Assembly (NCBI GenBank): GCA_963751275.1
Contig: CAVVTZ010000010.1
Span: forward strand, 19,012 to 83,011
Direction: 5' to 3'
Length of the DNA: 64,000 nt
Origin: an uncultured Gemmatimonadaceae bacterium
GTDB taxonomy: Bacteria; Gemmatimonadota; Gemmatimonadetes; Gemmatimonadales; Gemmatimonadaceae
Shown here: piece after piece, positions 30,540-40,893 of the stretch
Position numbering within the stretch: the stretch's first letter is position 1
How the letters are laid out: each line of letters begins with the position of its first letter
Notes under the pieces: generated by a model
Told to the model about the DNA's origin: nothing
What the model saw: only the letters and a program-made list of their open reading frames with translations
Databases searched by the model: none
Program-made: the position numbers and the translations under genes

Positions 30540-31219
30540 GCGACGCGCCGACGGCGGAGTTCCTCGCGACCGTCCCACTCCTGAGCGGCCTCGGCGCCGC
30601 GGAGCTGCAGCGGTTCGCCGGAGACGCGCGCGAGCGCGGCTATCCGAAGGGTACGGTCATCCTCTTCGAGGACGATCCCGGGGATTCACTCTTCATCGTG
30701 CGCGGCGGCCAGGTGAAGGTCGTCCTCGTGGGCGAGGACGGGCGGGAAGTGATCCTTGGCATGCTGGGCGTGGGCGCGCATTTCGGCGAGCTCTCGCTCA
30801 TCGACAGCCGGCCGCGCTCCGCGCACGTGATCGCGGTGGAGGACTCGACGCTGATCGTGCTGCGCCGCGAGGATTTCCGCCGCCGCGTGGAAGAGTCGCC
30901 GGCGGTCGCGTGGGCGCTCATGCAGGAACTGTCGCGCCGCCTGCGGCGCGCCGACGAGCAGATCGGCAGCCTGGTGCTGCTGGATGTGGACGGGCGCATC
31001 GCGCGCCTGCTCCTCGACGCCGCGGGGGAAGGCGGCGCCGCGCTGATCGAGCGGCGGCTGACGCACCAGACGATCGCGCAGATGATCGGCGCGAGCCGCG
31101 AGACCGTCTCGCGCGCGATGCGCGAATTCCAGGAGCGCGGGCTGATCACCGTGGTGCGCCGGCAGATCTCGATCGCCGACCGTACGGGGCTCGAAGCGCT
31201 CGCGCAAGTGAAGGTGTGA
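30536..31219 (+). CDS. Crp/Fnr family regulator with cNMP-binding domain; apparent CTG start
   Basis: FGELSLIDSRPRSA phosphate-binding cassette; HTH IGASRETVSR. Confidence 0.92.
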   Translation: MSDAPTAEFLATVPLLSGLGAAELQRFAGDARERGYPKGTVILFEDDPGDSLFIVRGGQVKVVLVGEDGREVILGMLGVGAHFGELSLIDSRPRSAHVIAVEDSTLIVLRREDFRRRVEESPAVAWALMQELSRRLRRADEQIGSLVLLDVDGRIARLLLDAAGEGGAALIERRLTHQTIAQMIGASRETVSRAMREFQERGLITVVRRQISIADRTGLEALAQVKV

Positions 31220-31220
31220 C

Positions 31221-32091
31221 GTGACGCTCTCGCTGCGCTTCTGGGGCACGCGGGGCTCCGTGCCGGCGCCGGGCGCGAATACGGTGCGCTACGGGGGCAA
31301 CACGCCCTGTCTCGAGGTACGAACCGGCGCCGGCGCGCTGCTCATCTTCGACGCCGGCACCGGCATTCGCGAACTCGGCCGCACGCTCACGGCGAACGCC
31401 CACGGCGCGCCGATCATCGCGGACATCTTCCTGAGCCACGCGCACTGGGACCACATCCACGGACTCCCGTACTTCGCGCCGCTCTTCGCGCGCGGCAACC
31501 GCTTCACCATCTGGAGCACGCAGGCGCTGATGCCGGCCGTGGACCGCGCGGTGCGCGAGCAGAATGTCGCCCACGGTCTTCCCGGTGACGTTCGACGAGG
31601 TGGAATCCACCGTCGAATTCCGCGTGCTCGGCGACACGCACAAGGGCGACGGCTATCTGCTGCGCCCGCTGGCCGTGCGGCATCCCGGCGGCGCGATCGC
31701 GTACCGGCTCACCGCGGCGCGCGAGGGCGGGAAGTCGCTCGTGTACATTTCCGACAACGAGCTCGGCGATGCGCCGGGCTACGTGCAGGCGGCCGGCTGG
31801 CGCGACGAACTCGTGGCCTTCGCGCGGGGCGCGTCCTTGCTAGTACACGACGCCATGTACACCGTTGAAGAGTACGCGCGGCACCGCGGCTGGGGCCATT
31901 CGCACATCGGCCACGCCGTGGACCTCGCGGTGGACGCCGGCGTGGACCGGCTCGCCATCTTCCATCACAATCCGGAGCACAGCGACGCGGAGTTGGACCA
32001 GCTCGTTGAAACGGGGCGCGCCATGGCCAAGAAGCGGGGCGCATCCCTGGAGATCCTCGCGGCGGCAGAAGGACTCACTCTCACCGTCTAG
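31221..32091 (+). CDS. MBL-fold metallohydrolase, putative cyclic-nucleotide phosphodiesterase; frameshift near 31565
   Basis: FWGTRGS, YGGNTPC, DAGTG, SHAHWDH, GWGHS and FHHNP motifs. Confidence 0.85.
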
Positions 32092-32109
32092 CACTCGACG
32101 GAGGCGCAC

Positions 32110-32865
32110 ATGAAGGCGACTGTGGTGACGCGCAGCATACGGATCGCATCGGCGATGGCGGCCATGCCGGTGGTGGCCGCGTTGGCGGCGCTCGCGGCGG
32201 GAACGCTCGCGGCGCAGAGCGATACGCGCCCGACGATCGCCGTCGTGGCCTTCTCGAACGGCGCGCTCGGCCCGGCGCACGCGGAGCTGGATCCGCTGTC
32301 CGCGGGCATGCAGGATCTGCTCATCTACTCGCTCTCGGGGAACGCGAAGATCCGCGTCGTGGAGCGGGCCAACCTCCAGGCGCTGATCAACGAGCAGAAC
32401 CTCGGCGCGAGCGGCCGCGTGGATGCGGCCACCGCGGCGCACCTGGGCAAGATCCTGGGCGCGGGCCACATGATCATGGGCGGGTTCATCACCGACACGC
32501 AGGGTGCGATGCGCATCGTCGCGCGCTCGGTGAACGTCGAGACGTCGCTCGTGGAGTACAGCACGTCGGTGGACGGGAAGCAGGCCGACGTGATGCTGCT
32601 GATCACCAAGCTCGCCGACCAGATCAATTCGGGACTCAAGCTGCCGGCGCTCGCGACCGGCACGAAGGAGGCGGCGATCGATCAGGCGAAGAAGGTGCCC
32701 TTCCAGGCGACGATGCTCTACTCGCGCGCGCTCGCGGCGAAGGATTCTGGCAACAAGGATGAAGCGGTGCAGCTGCTGCAGAAATCGCTCGAGGCTTTCC
32801 CGGACTTCGGCCCCGCGCAGCAGGAGCTCAAGAAGCTGCAGCCCCCGCCGAGCGGCACGGAGTAG
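32110..32865 (+). CDS. Secreted CsgG/HfaB-like protein with C-terminal TPR
   Basis: Signal peptide; IRVVERANLQALINEQNL...LGKILGA. Confidence 0.78.
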   Translation: MKATVVTRSIRIASAMAAMPVVAALAALAAGTLAAQSDTRPTIAVVAFSNGALGPAHAELDPLSAGMQDLLIYSLSGNAKIRVVERANLQALINEQNLGASGRVDAATAAHLGKILGAGHMIMGGFITDTQGAMRIVARSVNVETSLVEYSTSVDGKQADVMLLITKLADQINSGLKLPALATGTKEAAIDQAKKVPFQATMLYSRALAAKDSGNKDEAVQLLQKSLEAFPDFGPAQQELKKLQPPPSGTE

Positions 32866-32881
32866 CGCACGCCGTGCGCCC

Positions 32882-34831
32882 GTGAAGCCGCTGCTCATCG
32901 CGTCGGCTGAGACGCTCGCCGCCATCGCCCCGCTGCTCGGGGGCGATGGCGAAGTGGAGACGCGCGCCGCGGAGCGGTTCCCTTCGCCCTCGTCGCTCGA
33001 TCCCGCGCGCGCGACGGTGATCGTGGCGGATCGTGCGCTGCTCAAGGGCGCGGATGCGGCGGCGGTGGCGGGCGCCGCCGAGCGGGCGGCGCTGCTGGGC
33101 GCGGGCGGTGCGCAGGATGCGGAGCCCACCGCCGACTGGCCCCGCGAGCGGCTCGCGGGATTCATCCCCGGCGGGGCGCGCCCCGGCCTCGCCGCGGCGC
33201 AGCTGCGCGGCGCGCTGCACACCGCCCGCGCGCTCGCGGCGGCGTATTCCGCGCGCGCGAATGAGGAGCAGCGCTCGCGCGAACTGCGCGAGCTGGCGCA
33301 GGTGGGCGCGGCGCTCTCCACCGAGCGCGATCCGCTCAAGCTGCTCGAGATGATCCTCTCGCAAGCGCGCCGCGTGACCAACAGCGACGCGGGCTCGATC
33401 TATCTCGTGGAGCGCGATGAGACCGACGCACCCCAGGCGCTGCGATTCAAGCTCGCGCAGAACGATTCGCTCACGGGCGTGCCGTTCAGCGAGTTCACCG
33501 TGCCCATCGATCACACGAGCCTCGCCGGCCACGCCGCGTCCACGCGCGAGCCGATGATCATCGACGATGTGTACCTGCTCCCATCGGGCGCGAGCTACAA
33601 GCAGAATCGCAGCTTCGACGAGCGCACCGGCTACCGCACGAAGTCGATGCTCGTCTTCCCCCTCACCACGCTGCGCGACGACATCGTTGGAGTGCTGCAG
33701 CTCATCAACCGGAAGCGCGACCCAGCGGTGAAGCTCACGAGCGCGGACGTCGCCGACCGCGAGGTGCTGCCGTACGATGCGCGCGCCGTGGAGCTCGTGG
33801 GCGCGCTCGCGTCGCAGGCCGCCGTCTCGCTCGAGAACTCCCTGCTCTACGAGGACATCGAGAAGCTCTTCGCCGGTTTCGTGACGGCGGCGGTCACCGC
33901 GATCGAGTCGCGCGACCCGACCACGGCGGGCCACTCCGGGCGCGTGGCCGATCTCACCGTGGGGCTCGCGCAGGCGCTCGAGCGCGGCGGCTCCGGGAAA
34001 TACGCGGGCTTCACCTTCACGCGCGAGCAGGTGCGCGAGCTCCGCTACGCGAGCCTCCTGCACGATTTCGGCAAGGTCGGCGTGCGCGAGCAGGTGCTCG
34101 TGAAAGCGAAGAAGCTCTACGGCCCGACACTCGAAGCCATCCGCGACCGCGTCGGCTATCTCAAGCAGACCGCCGAACTCGAGTTCGAGCGCGCGCGCGC
34201 GGCCTTCCTGTCCGAGCACGGCCGGCGCGGCTTCGAGTCCCACGAGGCGGAGCTGCGCGCGCAGTTCGCCGCCCGCAACGCGGAGCTGGACCGCTTCCTC
34301 GCGTCGGTGCTCACGGCGAACGAGCCCAATCTCCTCGCCGAGACCGCCGCGGTGGATCTGCGCGAGTTCGGCAGCCGCGGCTTCAAGGGCTGGGACGGCG
34401 AGGAGCATCCGATGCTCGACGAGGATGAGCTGCGCCTGCTCACGATCCCCAAGGGCACGCTGGACGAAGCCGAGCGCCGCGAGATCGAGTCGCACGTGAC
34501 GCACACGTTCCGCTTCCTGCGCGAGATCCCGTGGACGCGCGAACTGCGCCGGCTCCCCGAGATCGCCTTCGGCCATCACGAGAAGCTGAACGGCGCCGGC
34601 TATCCGCGCGGCATTCGCGGCGAGGAGATCCCGGTGCAGACGCGCATGATGACGATCTCCGACATCTTCGACGCGCTCACCGCCGCCGACCGGCCGTACA
34701 AGCCCGCGGTGCAGCTGCCGAAGGCGCTCGACATCCTGCGCATGGAGACGAAGGGCGGGATGATCGATGCGGATCTCGTGGAGCTGTTCGTGAACGCGAA
34801 GGTCTACGAGGCGACGGTCTCAGGTTCCTGA
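32882..34831 (+). CDS. GAF + HD-GYP cyclic-dinucleotide phosphodiesterase
   Basis: FDERTGYRTKSML and GVLQLIN (GAF); GHSGRV, LHDFGK, HHEKLNGAGYP, DIFDALT and RPYK. Confidence 0.92.
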   Translation: MKPLLIASAETLAAIAPLLGGDGEVETRAAERFPSPSSLDPARATVIVADRALLKGADAAAVAGAAERAALLGAGGAQDAEPTADWPRERLAGFIPGGARPGLAAAQLRGALHTARALAAAYSARANEEQRSRELRELAQVGAALSTERDPLKLLEMILSQARRVTNSDAGSIYLVERDETDAPQALRFKLAQNDSLTGVPFSEFTVPIDHTSLAGHAASTREPMIIDDVYLLPSGASYKQNRSFDERTGYRTKSMLVFPLTTLRDDIVGVLQLINRKRDPAVKLTSADVADREVLPYDARAVELVGALASQAAVSLENSLLYEDIEKLFAGFVTAAVTAIESRDPTTAGHSGRVADLTVGLAQALERGGSGKYAGFTFTREQVRELRYASLLHDFGKVGVREQVLVKAKKLYGPTLEAIRDRVGYLKQTAELEFERARAAFLSEHGRRGFESHEAELRAQFAARNAELDRFLASVLTANEPNLLAETAAVDLREFGSRGFKGWDGEEHPMLDEDELRLLTIPKGTLDEAERREIESHVTHTFRFLREIPWTRELRRLPEIAFGHHEKLNGAGYPRGIRGEEIPVQTRMMTISDIFDALTAADRPYKPAVQLPKALDILRMETKGGMIDADLVELFVNAKVYEATVSGS

Positions 34832-36365
34832 GGGCGCGCCGTATCCGCCGCCGCCCGGCGTCTCGATCGTCACGACATCGCCCGGCTCCAGCTCCACCCG
34901 GCACTTGGCCGGGAGCACGCGGTCGTTCAGCCGGTTCACGCCCACCGCGCCATCGCCGCCGCCGTGCGCGCCCGCCGGCGCGCGGGTGCGGCGCTCGGTG
35001 AGCAGGGTGAGCGTGCAGCGCTCGAGCACGCGGTACCGGCGGATCACGCCGTCGCCGCCACGGAACTTCGCCCGCGCCGCCGGTGCCGCGCCGCACGCCG
35101 TACGCATCAATGCGCAGCGGGTACGCCCACTCGAGCGCCTCGATGGGCGTGTTGCGCGTGTTGCTCATGCCCACGTGCACGGCGTCGGGGCCGTCGCCGC
35201 GCGCACTCGCCCCCTGGCCGCCGCCGAGCGTCTCGTAGAAGGTCCAGCCGGCGCCGCCGAAGGTGATGTTGTTCATCGTGCCCTGCCCTTGCGCCGGCAC
35301 TTCGAGGCCGGCGTTCGCGAGCGCGGAGAACATCGTGTCCGCGAGCCGCTGCGACATCTCGACGTTGCCCGCCGCGACGGCCGCGGGCCAGCGCGCGTGC
35401 ACCGCGCTCCCCTCCTCCGCCACCAGGTCGATCGCGCGCGCGATCCCGTCGTTGGTCGGCACATCGTCGTCGAGCAGCGTGCGCAGCACGAACGCCGCCG
35501 CCGCGCGCGTGACCGCGAGCGGGCAGTTCACGTTGCCGCGCACCTGCGTCGACGTGCCCGCGAAATCGAAGCGCAGCTTTCCCTCGAACACGCTCACCTC
35601 CACGACCACCGGCACCGGATCCTCGCTCAAGCCGTCGCCCTCGAGCAGGTCCTCGGCGCGGCCCGTGCGGTCGCCGAGCTGCGCGATCGCCGCGCGCGCG
35701 CGCCGCTCGGTGTAGCCGAGCAGCGCGTCGCCGGCCGCGGTCACGCGCGCCGCACCCTCGCGCGCCACGAGCGCACGGAGCCCCGCCACGCCCGCCGCGC
35801 ACGCCGCCAGCTGCGCGCGCAGATCGCCCAGCCGCTCCTCGGGCGTGCGCACGTTCGCCAGCACCAGCGCGAGCAGCTCCTCGTCGATGATCCCCTCGCG
35901 CACCAGCCGCACCGGCGGCAGCACGAGCCCTTCCTGCACGAGTTCAGTGGCCCCCTGCGGCATGCTCCCGGGGCTCATGCCGCCCACGTCGGCGTGATGC
36001 GCGCGCACGGCGCCGAAGCCGGCGCTCCGCCCCTCGAGCGCGATCGCCTCGACCAGCGTGAGATCGGGCAGATGCGAGCCGCCATGATACGGATCGTTGA
36101 GCAGGAACACATCGCGCGGGCGCGGCTTGCTCGCGATCACCGCGCGCACGGCCTCCGGCATCGCGCCCAGATGCACCGGGATGTGCGCGGCCTGCGCGAT
36201 CATCCGGCCGCGCACGTCGAAGAGCGCCGCCGAGGAATCGCGCCGCTCGCGGATGTTCGGCGAGAGCGCGCCGCGCACGAGCACCGCGCCCATCTCCTCG
36301 GCGATCGCGGCGAAGCCGTGCGCCATGACCTCGAGGTCCAGCGGATCGAACGTCTCGTCGCTCAT
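34820..36365 (-). CDS. Hydantoinase B / oxoprolinase subunit; frameshift near 35070
   Basis: SPNIRERRD, HIPVHLG, NDPYHGGSHLPD and TPGGGGYG motifs. Confidence 0.9.
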
Positions 36366-38284
36366 GCGTCGCGCTCCAGCAGCCAGCCGCCGATCGGCAG
36401 GGCGCGCGCCGTCCAGCCGGGCGCCACGAGCAGGGTGGCATCGGGCAGCGAGATCACGGCGCGTCCGGTCACGGTCACGTCGAGTTCGGCGCCCGTGTCC
36501 TCCATGGACGGGCCCCACGCCGCGGTGCCGCGGCGCGCGAGCACCAGCGGCCGCACCGATCCGGATGCCGCGTGGCGCGCGCTGATGACCTCCACCTCGC
36601 GCGTGAGCGTGAAGTTGTAGCGGCGGTCGTGCATGTCCGCGAAGCGCGCGGCGATCTCCTGCCCCGCATCGCCCGGCTCGAACGTGATCTCCAGCTCGTG
36701 TCCCTGCCCTTCGTAGCGCGCCCGGGCCCACCACCGGTGCGCGTACTTGGGATCCGGCTTGCCCGAGAGCGAATGCGCGAGGCGCCGCGTGTCGCCGGGA
36801 TCGAGCTCGGTCACCTTCCGCATCACGCTCGTCAGCGTCTCGCGCCGTTCCGCCGAGATCGCGAGGCCGAGTGCGCTGAGCACGCCGGCGAAGGGCGGCA
36901 CGAGCACCGCGCGCATGCCGAGGTGTTCGGCCAGCGCGCATCCGTGCAGCGGCCCGCCGCCGCCGAAGGCGACGAGCACCGCGCGGCGCGGATCGGCGCC
37001 GCGCTCCACGCTCACGCGCCGCAGCGCGCGCGCCATCGAGGCGTCGGCCGCGGCGATCATCGCGCGCGCGGCGCGTTCCGCATCCACGCCGAGCTGCGCG
37101 GCGAGGCGCCCCACCGCCTCGCGCGCGGCCGCGGCGTTCAGCGTGATGCCGCCGCTCATGCGCGCGCGATGCACGTTGCCCAGCACGATGTGCGCGTCCG
37201 TCACCGTCGCGCCGGTACCGCCGCGGCCGAACGCCGCCGGGCCGGGATTCGCGCCGGCGCTGCGCGGCCCCACGCGGAGCGCGCCGCCGTCGTCCACCCA
37301 GCCCAGGCTGCCGCCGCCCGCCGACACGGTCTCCACGAGCACGCGCGGGAGCGCGATCGGCACGCCGGCCACGTCGCCCCCCGCCTCCGTGACGGGCTCG
37401 CCCTCGAGGATCAGCCCCGCGTCGGCGCTGGTGCCGCCGATGTCGATCGTCAGCGCCTCGTTGAAGCCCGCGAGTCCGGCGACGAACGCCGCGCCCACCA
37501 CGCCCCCCGCCGGACCCGAGAGCGCGAGCGACGCCGCGTTCGTGGCCGCATCCTTCCCCGTGCGCATCCCGCCGCTCGACGTGAGCACCGCGAGCGGCGG
37601 CGCGCCGCGCGCCGCGAGCTGCTCGCCCAGCTTCGACAGATACCGGCCGACGCCCGGCCGCAGGTACGCCTCGGCGACGGTGGTCGCGGTGCGTTCGTAT
37701 TCGCGGATCTCGGGCAGCACTTCGCTCGAGCGGATCACTTCGAGCTTCGGCTTCTTCGCCTTGATCGCCTTGACCATCGCCTCCTCGTGCCGCGGGTCGA
37801 GATACGCGTGCAGCAGCGCCACGGCAACGACTTCGGGCTTGAGCTCCAGCGCCCGCGCCGCGGCCGCGTCCGCCTCCTCGGCGCTGAGCGGCTGCGTCTC
37901 CCCGTCGGGCGCGACGCGCCCCGGCACGGCGACACGCTGCTCCGGGGGCACGAGCGGCGCCGGGTGCTGCCGCGTGAGATCGTACAGCGACGCGCGCTCC
38001 TGGCGGCGGAGATCCAGCAGATCCGTCGCGTGCTCGGTGGCGCACAGCACCACGCGCGCGCCGGTGCGCTCGAGCAGCATGTTGGTGGCGACGGTGGTGC
38101 CGTGCACGAGGCGCTCGAGCGTCTTGGGCGCGCCGCCGAGCGCGTCGAGCGCATCGAGCACGCCGGCGCTCTGATCCGCGGGGGTGCTCAGCACCTTGCG
38201 CGCTTCGGCCATCCCCGCCTCATCGATCGCGACGAGGTCGGTGTAGGTGCCGCCGACGTCGATGCCCACCGTGCGGCCGCTCAC
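36362..38284 (-). CDS. Hydantoinase A / oxoprolinase subunit
   Basis: DVGGTYTD, HGTTVATN, SGPAGG, DIGGTS and AFGGGGPLH motifs. Confidence 0.92.
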   Translation of the reverse strand: MSGRTVGIDVGGTYTDLVAIDEAGMAEARKVLSTPADQSAGVLDALDALGGAPKTLERLVHGTTVATNMLLERTGARVVLCATEHATDLLDLRRQERASLYDLTRQHPAPLVPPEQRVAVPGRVAPDGETQPLSAEEADAAAARALELKPEVVAVALLHAYLDPRHEEAMVKAIKAKKPKLEVIRSSEVLPEIREYERTATTVAEAYLRPGVGRYLSKLGEQLAARGAPPLAVLTSSGGMRTGKDAATNAASLALSGPAGGVVGAAFVAGLAGFNEALTIDIGGTSADAGLILEGEPVTEAGGDVAGVPIALPRVLVETVSAGGGSLGWVDDGGALRVGPRSAGANPGPAAFGRGGTGATVTDAHIVLGNVHRARMSGGITLNAAAAREAVGRLAAQLGVDAERAARAMIAAADASMARALRRVSVERGADPRRAVLVAFGGGGPLHGCALAEHLGMRAVLVPPFAGVLSALGLAISAERRETLTSVMRKVTELDPGDTRRLAHSLSGKPDPKYAHRWWARARYEGQGHELEITFEPGDAGQEIAARFADMHDRRYNFTLTREVEVISARHAASGSVRPLVLARRGTAAWGPSMEDTGAELDVTVTGRAVISLPDATLLVAPGWTARALPIGGWLLERDA

Positions 38285-39840
38285 GCCGCTCGCTCCGTGT
38301 TGCGCGCCACGATGATGAGGCCGATCGTCGCCGCGACGCACAGCCAACCGATCCAATCGCCGAGGATCACATAGAGCGTCCGAATGTCGGTCGTTTGCGC
38401 CGCGTACTGTCGCGTGGCGGACACGAACAGTTCCGTCTCGCCGTGGATGCGCCCGAGCGGATCGGTGTACGAGCTGATCCCGGTGTTCGCCGCGCGCACG
38501 ATCCCCACGCGATTCTCGATCGCGCGCAGCGCGATGTGCGCCTCGTGCTGCCATGGCGCGAGGCTGCGGCCGAACCACGCGTCGTTCGTGATGTTCACCA
38601 GGATCGCCGCGCCATTGCGCCGGTAGTCGCGCGACAACGACGGGAAGATCGACTCGTAGCAGATGAGCACGCCCACTTTGCCGAACGGCAGCGTGAAGGG
38701 CGGCTGATGCCCGCCGCGCCCGAAGCTGCCGAAATAGCGAAACCGCCGGAACCAGCGCGGGTCGAGGAAGGGCACACGCTCCACCACCGGCACGAGGAAG
38801 CTCTTGTGATATGGCGGCTGGGAACGGATCGAGCCCGCCGTGTCGGAGAGCATCGCCGCGTTGAAATATTCGAACTGCCCCGGCGCGGGGAAATCCAGGT
38901 CGAGGACGCCGAAGATGATCGGCGTGCGGCTCTGCCGGCTCACGGTCGAGACCGCGGTCTCCCATTCCGGATGCTCGGGGAGGAATCCGGGCAGCGACGC
39001 CTCGGGCCAGAGCACGAGTTGCGGCGCGGCGCTGTCGGCATGCGGCGTGAGCGCTTCCTTGGTGAGCACGAGCAGCATGCCGAGGATGCGCCCCTGGTTC
39101 TGCGCCTGCCACTTGTCCTCCTGCGGCACGTTCGGCTGGACGATCGCCACCGGCGCCACCGGCTTGAGCGCGATGCGCGGCATCCGCCAGCTGCCATAGA
39201 GCCAGATCGCGCCCGCGATCGCGATCACCGCGGCGACGCGCGTGGCGACGGCCCTCCATTGGCGGCGGGCGAGCCACGCGTCGGCGAGCAGACCGTTCGT
39301 CGCCGCGATCCACAGGCTGAGCCCATGCACGCCGCTCAGTTCCGCGGTCTGCGCGAGCACCGGTGTGCGCGCGAGCGCGAGCCCCAGCGGGAGCCACGGG
39401 AAGGAGAGATCGGAGATGTGCATGAGCGCCATCTCGACGGCCACCCACGTCAGCGGCAGCAGCAGTGCCAGCGGCAGCTTCGTGCGCCGCCGGATCACGA
39501 ACAGCGCCGCACCGCCCACGCCCACCACCGGCGCGAGCACGAGCATCACGGCGGCGGCGTAGCCGAGGATCGCGAGCTTGGTATAGATCGCGAGGGCGAT
39601 CGCGATCCAGTAGAGCGTCGCGCCGTACGCGAGCATGCCGGTCCAGTAGGCGAAGCGGAATGCGCGGCCGCCGGTGCCGCCGCCATCCGCCAGCTGGGCG
39701 ATCTCGAGCGCGAATGGGATCAAACAGAGGAACGCCGGCACGACCAGCGGCACCGGGGGGAACGCCAGCGCGAACAGCGCGGCCGACGCGGCCGCCGCCG
39801 CGGCCTCTCGTCGCGCGGGGAAGAGCGCGCGCCACGTCAC
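38281..39840 (-). CDS. lnt: Apolipoprotein N-acyltransferase
   Basis: FPW, QPN, WPE, K..LVP..E, ICYES, NDAWF and RAANTGIS motifs. Confidence 0.94.
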   Translation of the reverse strand: MTWRALFPARREAAAAAASAALFALAFPPVPLVVPAFLCLIPFALEIAQLADGGGTGGRAFRFAYWTGMLAYGATLYWIAIALAIYTKLAILGYAAAVMLVLAPVVGVGGAALFVIRRRTKLPLALLLPLTWVAVEMALMHISDLSFPWLPLGLALARTPVLAQTAELSGVHGLSLWIAATNGLLADAWLARRQWRAVATRVAAVIAIAGAIWLYGSWRMPRIALKPVAPVAIVQPNVPQEDKWQAQNQGRILGMLLVLTKEALTPHADSAAPQLVLWPEASLPGFLPEHPEWETAVSTVSRQSRTPIIFGVLDLDFPAPGQFEYFNAAMLSDTAGSIRSQPPYHKSFLVPVVERVPFLDPRWFRRFRYFGSFGRGGHQPPFTLPFGKVGVLICYESIFPSLSRDYRRNGAAILVNITNDAWFGRSLAPWQHEAHIALRAIENRVGIVRAANTGISSYTDPLGRIHGETELFVSATRQYAAQTTDIRTLYVILGDWIGWLCVAATIGLIIVARNTERAA

Positions 39841-40841
39841 AGGCGGATCTCGGTCCCTTCGCTCGCGGAGCGGTAGATCGCCTCCACGAGGCGAATGACG
39901 GTCACCTGGTCGGCCGGCGCTTCGTAGGGCTGCTCCTCGCGGAGCACCGCCACGAAGTGCGCGAGCTCCGCGCGGTAGCTCTGGAGGAACGGCGTCTCGC
40001 GCGCCGCGGCGCCGCGCGGCGTCACGTCCACCGCGTTGCCGTTCAGCTCCTTCGCCACGTTCAGCGGCGCGAGCCGCGCCGATCCGCGCGACGCGAGCAC
40101 GTCGAACCAGAAGCGGTCTTCCGCGCCCACGTACTCCCAGCAGACATCGATCGCGACCGTGAGCCCGCCCGTGCACTCGACCACCGCGAACACCGAATCC
40201 TCCACTTCCTTCGCGCCGCGGCCGCGGTGCAGATGCGCGGTCACGCGCCGCGGCGCGGGGAAATCGGCGAGCCAGAGCGCGAGATCGAGGAGCGGCACAC
40301 CGTGCTCGAGCATGACGCCGCCCCCCGACTCCGCGCGGCGGAACCGCCAGCCGTCGGGGGTGCGCCGGGGCTCGAAATGACCCGCGCGGATCGCGCCGAG
40401 CGCACCCAGTTCCCCGCTCCGGAGGAACGCGCTGGCGGCCTGCACGTCGGTGCGGAAGCGGTGGTTGTTCCCGACCGCGACCTTGCGGTCCGCGCGCGCC
40501 GCCGCGGCGAGGATCCGCTCCACGCCGCGCGCCGTGAGCGCCAGCGGGCGCTCGCACAGCACGTGCATCTTCCGCGCGAGCGCGCTCAGCACGTGCGGCT
40601 CGTGCAGATGGTTGGGCGTCATGATGATCACCGCATCCAGCTCGGCGCCCTCGAGCATGTCCTCGATGTCCGTGAACACGTAGCGTGCGCCGAACCGGTC
40701 GGCGAGCTGACGGGCCTTCACGCCGTCGGCGTCGCAGATCGCCACGAGCTCCGTTCCCTTGAGTTTCTCGATCGATGGCAGGTGCGCGATCTGCGCGATC
40801 GCGCCCGCGCCGACGATGCCGATGCGCACGGTGGAGGTCAT
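39837..40841 (-). CDS. Gfo/Idh/MocA oxidoreductase
   Basis: GAGAIA, PNHLH and HVLCERP motifs. Confidence 0.88.
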   Translation of the reverse strand: MTSTVRIGIVGAGAIAQIAHLPSIEKLKGTELVAICDADGVKARQLADRFGARYVFTDIEDMLEGAELDAVIIMTPNHLHEPHVLSALARKMHVLCERPLALTARGVERILAAAARADRKVAVGNNHRFRTDVQAASAFLRSGELGALGAIRAGHFEPRRTPDGWRFRRAESGGGVMLEHGVPLLDLALWLADFPAPRRVTAHLHRGRGAKEVEDSVFAVVECTGGLTVAIDVCWEYVGAEDRFWFDVLASRGSARLAPLNVAKELNGNAVDVTPRGAAARETPFLQSYRAELAHFVAVLREEQPYEAPADQVTVIRLVEAIYRSASEGTEIRL

Positions 40842-40893
40842 CGATGCCGGGTGGAGAGGTGCGGTGGAAAGTATGACCCGTGGCGCATGACGG

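Noticed and set aside
28048..32865. Curli secretion system
   Set aside because: No csgA/B/E/F-like genes are present; the CsgG-like domains are fused to TPRs
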